Below, in pieces: positions 8,952-17,483 of a stretch of 64,000 bases of DNA; position 1 is the first letter of the stretch; every line of letters begins with the position of its first letter. The stretch covers positions 3,104,001-3,168,000 of the forward strand of contig OY761158.1 in the NCBI GenBank assembly GCA_963664405.1, in the 5' to 3' direction. A program made the translations under genes and the position numbers. The notes under the pieces were generated by a model. That model was not told the origin of the DNA. It saw only the letters and a program-made list of their open reading frames with translations, and did no database searches. Source of the stretch: Thermoanaerobaculia bacterium (lineage in GTDB: Bacteria; Acidobacteriota; Thermoanaerobaculia; Multivoradales; Multivoraceae).

Positions 8952-11900
8952 ATGATGCGCTGGTTCCTTGTCCTCTGGCTGTTCAGCTGGCCGCTCCTCG
9001 CCGACGAAGGCGACGGCAAGAAAGATGAGAAGAAGGGCCTACCCCTCGAGGCGGAGCGCACTGCGTCCTTCGTCGTCGACGAGGGCACCTGGATTAGCCT
9101 CGATGTGTCACCAGATGGGGAGACCCTCGTCTTCGAGTTGCTGGGAGATCTCTACACTCTACCCATCGGCGGCGGTGAAGCGGTGCCGCTCCTGACCGGG
9201 ATGGCTTTCGAATCGATGCCGGCCTACTCGCCCGACGGGGAGCGCATCGCCTTCGTCAGCGACCGCGATGGAAGCGAAAATGTCTGGGTCGCGGAGGCCG
9301 ATGGCGAGAACGCCAAGAAGCTGTCCAAAGACGAGAGATCGTCCTTCGTCTCTCCAACCTGGACCCCGGATGGTCGCTACGTGGTCGCGTCGCGGTCGAC
9401 CCGTTCCCTCGGTGTACACGAGCTCTGGATGTACCACGTCGACGGCGGCTCCGGAGTGCAGCTCACCAACGCCGACGCCAAGCCTGATGCGCCTCGCGCG
9501 CAGCGTCGCAACGACCTCGGCGCGCGCATTTCCCCCGATGGCCGCTTTCTCTACTACGCGCGTAGAGCCGGTGCCTGGACCTACAACACGCCGGGTTTCC
9601 CCCTCTGGCAACTGGTGCGGCGCGAGCTCGCGACTGGGCAGGAAGACACCATTACGCGCGAGCCGATGGGGGCGTTTCGGCCGTTACTGTCGCCGGATGG
9701 CGAGAAGCTGGTCTATGCGACCCGCTTCGAGACCGCGACGGGTCTGCGAATCCGGGACCTCGATTCGGGAGAGGAGGACTGGCTGGCATACCCGGTGCAG
9801 CGCGACGATCAGGAGTCACGGGCGGCTCGCGACGTTCTTCCGGCCTACGCCTTTCTCCCCGATGGCGAGGCGGTGGTGGCTGCCTGGGGCGGCAAGATCC
9901 GACGGATCGATCTGGCCTCGGGAAGCTCGGAGGTCATCCCCTTTCGGGCGAAGGTGGAACAGCCTCTTGGACCCCTTCTCGACTTTCCGCGTCGTGTCGA
10001 AGATGGGCCTGTAGTTTCTCGCCTCATTCAGGCACCAGTGCTGTCTCCTGACGGAAAACGCCTCGTCTTTTCGGCGCTGGCAAGTCTGTGGATCAAGGAC
10101 TTTCCCGATGGCGAGCCGGCCCGTCTAACCAACCTCCTCGTTGGCACTGGCCAGGAGGTCGGTGAGTTCTTACCTGCTTGGTCTCCGGACGGGCTCGAGA
10201 TCGCCTACGTCAGTTGGTCCGATATCGAGGGGGGACATTTGTGGCGCGTCCCGGCTGCGGGTGGAGATCCCACGCGACTCACCTCGGCCGCCGCCTACTA
10301 CCGCGACCCGGTGTGGTCTCCAGGCGGGGACGAGATTTTTCTGCTGCGCGGCTCGCGTAGGGCTCAGCTTCTGGCCGGGCGCGGCATGGGCCCGCTCGAC
10401 GCCAATCTCGATCTGATTCGGGTGGTTGCGGGGAGCGGTGCTACCGAGCTCGTAGCTCCGGGTCGGGGGCGCGGAAGGCCGCACTTCGGTCCCGAGAGGG
10501 ATCGGATTTACCTCTACTCCGCCGAGGGCATCCAATCGATGCGGCTCGACGGCAGCGATCGGCGCGGTCATCTGAAGGTTGTCGGCTTTGCCCGGCGCGA
10601 TCAAACGAGTCCCGCCGAAGACGCGCGCATCAGCCCCGACGGCAAGTGGGCTCTGGCGCTGGTCGATTATCATTTGTGGTTGGTTGCTGCACCGCCGTTG
10701 GGCGGAGAAGCGTTGGAGGTCGACGTCTACAAGCCCGGAGTGCCTGCCAAGCGCTTGACCGACATCGGAGCGGACTACTTTGCCTGGGCGGATGGTGGCG
10801 AGACCATCACCTGGGCGGTCGGCTCCAGTTTCTTTCGACAGCCGATCGACTCGGTGTCCTTCGAGATCCCCGATGAAGATGCCGCCGAGGACACCGAGGA
10901 TGGCGCTGAGGCAGAGGAAGAGGCGAAGGAGCCGCCCGCTTACGAGGAGGTTCCCATTCGGGTCGAGGTCGCTCGCCATCGGCCGAGTGGCGACTTGGTC
11001 TTGAGGGGCGCCCGCGTCATCACCATGGCCGGAGACCAGGTGCTCGATCGGGCCGACATCTGGGTCAAGGACAACCGCATCCATCGGGTCGGCCCGCCGG
11101 GCGGACCGACCCCGCCGGGCGCCCACACGATCGACGTCGAGGGGAAGACCATCATGCCCGGCATTGTCGACGTCCACGCCCACTTTCGTAGCACCCAGGA
11201 GCTTCTCTCCGATCAGCTGTGGACCCTGCTGGCGAATCTTGCCTACGGGGTGACCACGATGCGAGATCCTCAGGCCGGGAGCCATCACGCCTTCGCCTAC
11301 CAGGACCTGGTCGACGCCGGCATGTCGCTGGGACCGCGGGCCTATTCGACCGGTCGAGGTGTTTTCAACAACACCGACTTCAAGTCCTACCAAGACACCC
11401 ACGATCTGCTCGCTCGTTACAAGAAGTACTACCGTACCGACACTCTCAAGGCCTATGTCATGGGCAACCGCAAGCAGCGGCAATGGGTGGTCAAGGCATC
11501 GAAAGAGCTCGAGATCATGCCGACGACCGAGGGCTCGTTGGACCTCAAGCTCGATCTGACCCATGTCATCGACGGCTTTTCTGGCAACGAGCATGCCTTT
11601 CCGATCGTGCCGCTCTTCGCCGACGTTACCGAGCTCACCGCACAGTCGAAGATCACCTACACGCCGACTCTGTTGGTGGCCTATGGCGGTCCTTTCGGCG
11701 AGAACTACTTCTTCGCTGCCAGCGACGTCTACGAAGATCAGAAGCTACGGCGGTTCATTCCCCAGCACGATCTCTACGCCAAGACCGCTCGGCGGCCCTG
11801 GTTCCGTGAGGAAGAGCACGTCTTCGAGAAGCTCGCCGCGGGCGCGGCGGAGATCGTCCGTCGCGGTGGCCGAGTCGGCATCGGCGGTCACGGCCAGCTG

Positions 11901-12218
11901 CAGGGGATCCAGTGTCACTGGGAGATGTGGGCGCTCCACTCCGGCGGATTGAGCGAGATGGGGACCCTGCGCGCCGCCACCCTCCACGGAGCTGAGGCGA
12001 TCGGCTTCGCCCAGGATCTCGGTTCTATCGAGGAGGGCAAGCTCGCCGACCTCCTAGTGCTCGACGCCAACCCGCTCGAAGACATCCACAACACCAACAC
12101 CATCCGCTACGTGATGAAGAACGGCGAGCTCTTCGAAGGCGACACCCTGGACCAGATCTGGCCGGAGGTCAGATCGTTGCCCTCGATGTGGTGGCAGCGG
12201 GGCGGGCCCGCGGAGTGA
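8952..12218 (+). CDS. Secreted amidohydrolase with N-terminal PD40/TolB-like beta-propellers
   Basis: Signal peptide MMRWFLVLW; multiple SPDG repeats; MPGIVDVHAH; GSIEEGKLADLLVLDANPL. Confidence 0.88.
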   Translation: MMRWFLVLWLFSWPLLADEGDGKKDEKKGLPLEAERTASFVVDEGTWISLDVSPDGETLVFELLGDLYTLPIGGGEAVPLLTGMAFESMPAYSPDGERIAFVSDRDGSENVWVAEADGENAKKLSKDERSSFVSPTWTPDGRYVVASRSTRSLGVHELWMYHVDGGSGVQLTNADAKPDAPRAQRRNDLGARISPDGRFLYYARRAGAWTYNTPGFPLWQLVRRELATGQEDTITREPMGAFRPLLSPDGEKLVYATRFETATGLRIRDLDSGEEDWLAYPVQRDDQESRAARDVLPAYAFLPDGEAVVAAWGGKIRRIDLASGSSEVIPFRAKVEQPLGPLLDFPRRVEDGPVVSRLIQAPVLSPDGKRLVFSALASLWIKDFPDGEPARLTNLLVGTGQEVGEFLPAWSPDGLEIAYVSWSDIEGGHLWRVPAAGGDPTRLTSAAAYYRDPVWSPGGDEIFLLRGSRRAQLLAGRGMGPLDANLDLIRVVAGSGATELVAPGRGRGRPHFGPERDRIYLYSAEGIQSMRLDGSDRRGHLKVVGFARRDQTSPAEDARISPDGKWALALVDYHLWLVAAPPLGGEALEVDVYKPGVPAKRLTDIGADYFAWADGGETITWAVGSSFFRQPIDSVSFEIPDEDAAEDTEDGAEAEEEAKEPPAYEEVPIRVEVARHRPSGDLVLRGARVITMAGDQVLDRADIWVKDNRIHRVGPPGGPTPPGAHTIDVEGKTIMPGIVDVHAHFRSTQELLSDQLWTLLANLAYGVTTMRDPQAGSHHAFAYQDLVDAGMSLGPRAYSTGRGVFNNTDFKSYQDTHDLLARYKKYYRTDTLKAYVMGNRKQRQWVVKASKELEIMPTTEGSLDLKLDLTHVIDGFSGNEHAFPIVPLFADVTELTAQSKITYTPTLLVAYGGPFGENYFFAASDVYEDQKLRRFIPQHDLYAKTARRPWFREEEHVFEKLAAGAAEIVRRGGRVGIGGHGQLQGIQCHWEMWALHSGGLSEMGTLRAATLHGAEAIGFAQDLGSIEEGKLADLLVLDANPLEDIHNTNTIRYVMKNGELFEGDTLDQIWPEVRSLPSMWWQRGGPAE

Positions 12219-12320
12219 AAGAGTGAAGAAGTAAAAGAGTGAAAGAGGGAGGGGTTCCGAAGGCTCTTTTGCCTACCTCTTTCCTCTCTTACTTTTTCAC
12301 TTTTTTACTCTTTTACTTCT
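12213..12320. repeat. Degenerate 8-mer tandem repeats in inverted arrangement (GAGTGAAA)n ... (TTTACTCT)n
   Basis: About 5 purine-rich 8-mers then about 5 complementary pyrimidine-rich 8-mers, between convergent genes; could act as a bidirectional terminator. Confidence 0.75.
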
Positions 12321-12330
12321 GGGCGACGGC

Positions 12331-13782
12331 TCAGAAGATAATCTCAACCGGGGCGCCGTCGATTCGCCTCGCAGTCCCTCGATTGCTCCACCACATCGGC
12401 GTCTTGTTCTGCTTGTTCCACTCTCGCCAGTGGCGCTGTAGGCGCTCGAGCACCTCGGGATGGCCGGCGCTCACGCTCTTCTTTTCGCCCAGATCCTTGC
12501 TCAGGTCGGAGAGGAGCATGAGCTGGCCGAGAGGCGAGCCCTTGGGGGCCTCCCAGTCGGGAATGATCATGCCGGTCGAAGGGGCACTGGCAAGGGTCTC
12601 TTCGCTGGTCTTGTTCACCGCCCACAGCTTCCAGTCGCCGTCTCGCACCGCGTAGTTCGGGCCGGCCCGCCAGAACAGTCGCTGGTGCGGAGCCGGTCCA
12701 TCCGGTTGGGAGAGGAAGGGTCTCAGGTCGACTCCGTCGAGATCGAGCGGCGCCGTTTCGATGCCGGCAGCGGTGAGGATGGTGGCGTTCAGATCCATCG
12801 AGATCACCGCTTGTTCGTAGACCAGGCCCTCTGGGATCTTTCCGGGCCAGTTGGCGATCATCGGTACGCGGATGCCTCCCTCCCAGAAGTAGCGTTTGCC
12901 TCCGTTGAGCGGGCCGTTGGTGCACCCCCCCAGGACGTAGAGGGCGCAGCCGTTGTCGCTCAGGAAAACGACCAGCGTGTCGTCTTCGATGTCATGCTCG
13001 CGAAGCTTGGCCATGACCGCGCCGACACTGTCGTCCACGCCGCTGACCATCGCCGCGAAGATGCGCTTCTTTTGGTCCTCGACGTGGCGATAGCGGTCGA
13101 GGTACTTCTTCGTCGCCTGCAGGGGAGCGTGGGGGGCGTAGTGCGCTAGATAGAGGAAGAAGGGCTCTTCGTGATGGCGATCGATGAAAGACAGCGCCTC
13201 GCGGTTGAGGGCGTCGGTGAGGTACTCCTTCTCCTCGACCACCTCATCACCGCGGATCACCGGCCGCCGGCGGGGACCGAGCGGCTCGGGGCTCCAACTC
13301 TCGACGCCGGGTGTGCTCGGATCGATGTAGACCGTGCCGGACATCATGCCGAAGAACTCGTCGAAGCCACGGCGTAGCGGGCGTCGATCCTCTGCTGTGC
13401 CGAGCTGCCACTTGCCGACGATGCCGGTGGCGTAGCCCTCCGCCTTCAAACTCTCCCCCAGCGTGACCTGGTCCAGGGGTAAGGCGTAGTTGGGGCCGGC
13501 GGGATTGAACTCATAGCCAAAACGCTGGGGATAGCGGCCACTCATCAATGCGGCGCGAGAGGGACTGCACACCGCTGCCGCGACGTAGCCCGAGGTGAAT
13601 CGCGTACCCGAGCGAGCGAGGCTGTCGATATGCGGAGTCTCGATGATCTCGCTGCCGTAGACCCCGACGTCGCCGTAGCCGAGGTCGTCGGCGAGGATCA
13701 GGACGATGTTGGGCTTGGCGGCGGCGGGGATCGATGCTGAGGGTATGCCTAGGAGGAGCAGGGCGGTAATGGCGGTTTTCAT
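12331..13782 (-). CDS. Formylglycine-dependent sulfatase, secreted
   Basis: Signal peptide; PNIVLILADDLG; CSPSRAALMSGR; GKWQLG; SDNG. Confidence 0.92.
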   Translation of the reverse strand: MKTAITALLLLGIPSASIPAAAKPNIVLILADDLGYGDVGVYGSEIIETPHIDSLARSGTRFTSGYVAAAVCSPSRAALMSGRYPQRFGYEFNPAGPNYALPLDQVTLGESLKAEGYATGIVGKWQLGTAEDRRPLRRGFDEFFGMMSGTVYIDPSTPGVESWSPEPLGPRRRPVIRGDEVVEEKEYLTDALNREALSFIDRHHEEPFFLYLAHYAPHAPLQATKKYLDRYRHVEDQKKRIFAAMVSGVDDSVGAVMAKLREHDIEDDTLVVFLSDNGCALYVLGGCTNGPLNGGKRYFWEGGIRVPMIANWPGKIPEGLVYEQAVISMDLNATILTAAGIETAPLDLDGVDLRPFLSQPDGPAPHQRLFWRAGPNYAVRDGDWKLWAVNKTSEETLASAPSTGMIIPDWEAPKGSPLGQLMLLSDLSKDLGEKKSVSAGHPEVLERLQRHWREWNKQNKTPMWWSNRGTARRIDGAPVEIIF

Positions 13783-13795
13783 TTTTGTTCCCAGG

Positions 13796-13951
13796 GGTAG
13801 GAAGTAGACAGTAAGCAGTAAGAAGTAAGAAGTAAGAAGGTAGGAATGAGCTGGTGAAAGAGGAGTCGGTAAGCGGGGCTTGGAGTAGTCACTCTCGGCC
13901 GCTCACCTTCTCATCTTTACTGCTTACTGCTTACTGCTTACTGCTTACTTC
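13796..13951. repeat. 7-mer tandem repeats in inverted arrangement (GMAGTAA)n ... (TTACTGC)n
   Basis: gaagtag acagtaa gcagtaa gaagtaa gaagtaa on the left; ttactgc x4 plus ttacttc on the right. Confidence 0.82.
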
Positions 13952-15628
13952 CCCCTCTCCCGGACACACCGCCCCTCCCCGCCGCGCCCAATATGTGAAG
14001 CGGAGTCGTCCCTGTGCGGCACGACGAACCGGGTACCGATCTCCGACGGCGTCCAGCCGCGAACGGAGATCCGCGGGCACTTCGAGATCGACGACTCTCT
14101 TCTCGTAGTGCTCGAGCAGCGTGGGGCTGGCGAGGATCTCCTTATCGCCGGGGAACTCCGGCTCCGTCACCGCGTCACCGTAGGGGAAACCGAGCAGGAG
14201 GTAGTCAGGCTTGCGGGCAAGGACGTACTCACCGTCGCCTTTGTTGTGGCCGACCGCGCCTTGTGGGCTCGGCATCTTCCGTCGGGCGATATGGCGGTCG
14301 TTGAGCCCAAGCATGTCGATGTATCGGTACTGCGGTAGGAGATAGGGAAGGGCTCCCGAGGCGTTGATCCCAATCAGCGAGTCCGGTGGCCAGCACTCGG
14401 AGATGTAGGGAGCGGCCACCCGACCGACGATGTCGGAGGAGCTGCCGGGATGGCTCTCCACCAGGGGCAGGGGGACCAGGCTCAACAGGACCGGCAGAAT
14501 GATGAGCGGGCGAGCCATACGGCCTCGTTCGCTGGCCGCGAGCTCGCGCAGGATCCAAACGGAGGCGAGAGCGAGAATGGGAACGAGGGGAACGAAGAAC
14601 CGAAAGTGGTCCATGAAGTCGCCACCGACGAGGATTTGAAGGGTGAGAAAGGCTGCGGTGATCGTCATGAGCAACCCGGTTACCCTTCCTCCGCCTCGTC
14701 CCCTTTCGAGCAACAGCGCGAGGCCCACGAAGAGTACGAGACACGGCGCGGTCGTTGTGTAGGCGATGACATAGGCCGCGCCCTCTGCGGCCTTGAACGA
14801 GAGTGGGAGGCCGTAGGACTTGGCAAAGTAGGTGTTGGGCAACAGCTCGCCGAAGTACCAGAGCTTCCAGAGACCGTAAGGCCCGGCGATGGCGATGAAG
14901 GCCCCCGCCAACCGTTGCGTACCACCGAGATCCAAAAGAGTCTTGCCCTGCTTTCGCTCTGAAGCGGCGAGAAAGACCAGCGCGACGGCCCAGAAGAGCC
15001 CTCCTTCCGGCCGAGTGAGCGCTGCCAACGCGAACCAGATGCCTGCCCACCATCCTCGGGCGTCGTCGTCGCTCTCGATAAGTCGGAGAATATGGGTGAG
15101 TCCGAGGAGCAAGAAGAGGGCAAAGAGTGTCGCTTCGAGCCCGCCCAGTGACCAGGCCACCAGAGGTACAGAGCTCACCAGCAGGCAAACCAGCACGGCT
15201 TCGAGAAGGCGACGATCCGATCCGCCGACGGCTTGGTGACGGGGCTGCCAGGTGGCCTGGAAGTAGCGCAAGAGGATCACTACCAGAGCAAGGGCGGCCG
15301 CCACGCCGACAAGCCGACTGGCGAAGACCAGGTCGAGACCCAGCCGCCCAAGGAGCGCCACGACCATGACGAAGGCGAAGTTGGAGTAACCCTCGATTCT
15401 CTCGCCCGGATTCCACGACAGCCCGTCGCCTGCAATCAGGTTGCGCGCATATCGCAGGCTGATGAACGAGTCGTCTTGGTAGAAGTGGCGGAGCGTAAAC
15501 GCGAGATAGATCGCCGTCAGCAGGGTCTGAAGATAGACGTAGACAACGAGAATGCGCTCGCCGCGGCCCGTGCCTCTGCCCGAAGTGGGCTCGGGACGGG
15601 ACGGTCCGGCCTGCTGTCGCGGATCCAA
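13931..15628 (-). CDS. Polytopic membrane GT-C glycosyltransferase (arabinofuranosyltransferase-like)
   Basis: QDDSFISLRYARNL..G.GLSWNPGERIEGYSN, LTRPEG, LPNTYFAK, GGDFM..RF, IDMLGLND; many TM helices. Confidence 0.72.
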   Translation of the reverse strand: MDPRQQAGPSRPEPTSGRGTGRGERILVVYVYLQTLLTAIYLAFTLRHFYQDDSFISLRYARNLIAGDGLSWNPGERIEGYSNFAFVMVVALLGRLGLDLVFASRLVGVAAALALVVILLRYFQATWQPRHQAVGGSDRRLLEAVLVCLLVSSVPLVAWSLGGLEATLFALFLLLGLTHILRLIESDDDARGWWAGIWFALAALTRPEGGLFWAVALVFLAASERKQGKTLLDLGGTQRLAGAFIAIAGPYGLWKLWYFGELLPNTYFAKSYGLPLSFKAAEGAAYVIAYTTTAPCLVLFVGLALLLERGRGGGRVTGLLMTITAAFLTLQILVGGDFMDHFRFFVPLVPILALASVWILRELAASERGRMARPLIILPVLLSLVPLPLVESHPGSSSDIVGRVAAPYISECWPPDSLIGINASGALPYLLPQYRYIDMLGLNDRHIARRKMPSPQGAVGHNKGDGEYVLARKPDYLLLGFPYGDAVTEPEFPGDKEILASPTLLEHYEKRVVDLEVPADLRSRLDAVGDRYPVRRAAQGRLRFTYWARRGGAVCPGEGEVSSKQ

Positions 15629-15634
15629 GAGTCT

Positions 15635-16363
15635 TCAGGTCCGCAGAGAGCGCAAACACTCTTCCCAGCCGTCGACGTCGAACTCCCACGGCCCCGGGCC
15701 CGACTGGAAGGCCACGATGCCCTCCGCATCAACGACGTAGAGGCGCTCGGGCAGGGCCGCATAGGCTCGATCGACGGTGTCGTCTATGTCGTCGAGGACT
15801 GTTGGCATCGCCAGCTCGAGATGCAGGACGCAGGCCGCGGCCACCGTCGCTCGCTCGTCGAGGGTTTGGGGCTGGGCGTACACGATGTCTTCGCTGACGT
15901 TCGACGCCACCTGCCAACCGTCCTCGGGATGGGCTTCGCGGATGTAGACACAATAGAAGTCGATGTCCGATCGGTAGCTCTCGTAGATCTGGTTCAGACG
16001 ACCCGCCTGAGCTCGGAAAGGCGGTCAGGTGTAGGAGCCGAAGATGAGCGCCACCGGCCGCCCGCGATGATCGCTGAGGCGTCGCATCTCTCCACTGCGC
16101 TCACCCTGTGCCGAGACCAGCTCGAGCTCCCAGTCGGGTGCCTCGGCGCCGGCCCGCGGCGAGTGTGCTTCGCGTGCGTGGCGCTGGTCGAGCCAGGCGG
16201 CGAGCTCGGCCCGGCTGCGTCCCGTCATCTTGGCTATGGCCTCGACCATGGGCTCAGGAGCCTCGCCGAGAGTCATCTTGCCGCCGGCAAGCCGCCGCAT
16301 CACCTGCATGATGTCTGCAGACGCAGGAGCTTCAGCGGACGGAACAGTTGGAGTCTCGGTCAT
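15635..16363 (-). CDS. Iodothyronine deiodinase-like selenoprotein (242 aa; in-frame UGA at 16027-16025 read as Sec)
   Basis: ORFs 16025-16363 and 15635-15910 are in frame, joined by 38 open codons: PVALIFGSYT-U-PPF...VYIREAHPEDGW...AYAALPERLYV, matching deiodinase active-site motifs. Confidence 0.9.
15994..16010 (-). promoter_or_regulatory. Bacterial SECIS-like hairpin
   Basis: On the minus strand UCAGGCG-GGU-CGUCUGA: 7-bp stem (one G-U), G-starting apical loop 21 nt after the UGA. Confidence 0.65.
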
Positions 16364-16457
16364 CAGAAGCTGTTGCGACGAGAGTTTGCGACCGACCGAG
16401 TATAGCGAAGGGGTCTCGGCGCTATTCTCGACGCCGTCCGCCCACCCGGCGGCTCTC

Positions 16458-17483
16458 CTAGCCGAGACCGCGGACTCGAGGCAGGACCTCTTCGTGGATC
16501 ACTGCGCTCACCTCTGCCAGTACCGAAGAATCGACCCCGCGGGAGCCGCTGAGTACGACGATGCGATCGAGCTCCACGGTCTCGAGCAGGGTGCCGAGGC
16601 GGTCGACGCATTGCTCGGCAGTTCCGACGATGGCGAAGCGATCGAGAAAAGCTTCGTCGATGTGCTCGAGATGGGAGCCGGTGGAGTCACCGTGGCGGGC
16701 GAGATCGTAGCTGCGAGTAAGCGAGGCCACCACCTCGCGGTCGTCGCTGCCGAGCTGATCTAGTGCCCGTCCACTCATGCCGGAAAAGTGGGCGAGCGAG
16801 CCAACGCCCCCGATTACCGCCCGCCGTGCGATGGCGGGGTCGGGATGAGCGGCGATATTGAGGTAGGCCCCGACTCTCAGGCTGTCTGCATCGCCGCCGG
16901 CCTCCTCCCGTGCCCGGCGCGCGCGCTGAGCTCCGGCCCGGAGCCGCTCGGCATCGGCACCGACCGCGAAGGTGACCATGTCGGCGAGGCGCCCCGCCAA
17001 CTCGGTGACCCTCGGACCGGTGGCTGCGACGTCGATAGGCACCTTGGCGACGTCTCCGGCGGCGATCCAACGGATCGGTGCGGAGTGGCCGTTTTGTACC
17101 ACCTCCTCGCCGCGCAGATAGGCTTGGACCTGCTGCACGTAGCGCTCCAGTTGCGCTACGGGGGCAGGCTCGAGCCCGAGGTTGCCGAGCGACGAGTCGC
17201 CACGGCCGATGCCGAGGACGGCGCGCCCCTTGCTCTCCACTTGGATGGTGGCGATTGCACTGGCGGTTACTGCTGGGTTGCGCGTCGTGGGGTTGGTCAC
17301 TCCGGTCCCCAGCTTGATGCGCTCGGTCACCGCGGCAGCCAGGGCGAGGGCGGCGTAGCAGTCGCCATTGAAGTTCTGGCTGTCGGTGAAGAGGAGTCCG
17401 TCCCAGCCTTGGGCTTCGGCGCGCCGCGCGCTTCGGCGGGGAGTGCCTGGCACGGGGTAGGAGAGGGTCCAGAACTCAGTCAT
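16458..17483 (-). CDS. LLM class flavin/F420-dependent oxidoreductase (Mer-like)
   Basis: AEAQGWDGLLFTDSQ, TERIKLGTGVTNP, GRAVLGIGRGD. Confidence 0.85.
   Translation of the reverse strand: MTEFWTLSYPVPGTPRRSARRAEAQGWDGLLFTDSQNFNGDCYAALALAAAVTERIKLGTGVTNPTTRNPAVTASAIATIQVESKGRAVLGIGRGDSSLGNLGLEPAPVAQLERYVQQVQAYLRGEEVVQNGHSAPIRWIAAGDVAKVPIDVAATGPRVTELAGRLADMVTFAVGADAERLRAGAQRARRAREEAGGDADSLRVGAYLNIAAHPDPAIARRAVIGGVGSLAHFSGMSGRALDQLGSDDREVVASLTRSYDLARHGDSTGSHLEHIDEAFLDRFAIVGTAEQCVDRLGTLLETVELDRIVVLSGSRGVDSSVLAEVSAVIHEEVLPRVRGLG

Noticed and set aside
15635-16363. Two small genes or a nonsense pseudogene
   Set aside because: The TGA falls exactly at the catalytic Sec position, with no other lesions and a SECIS-like hairpin
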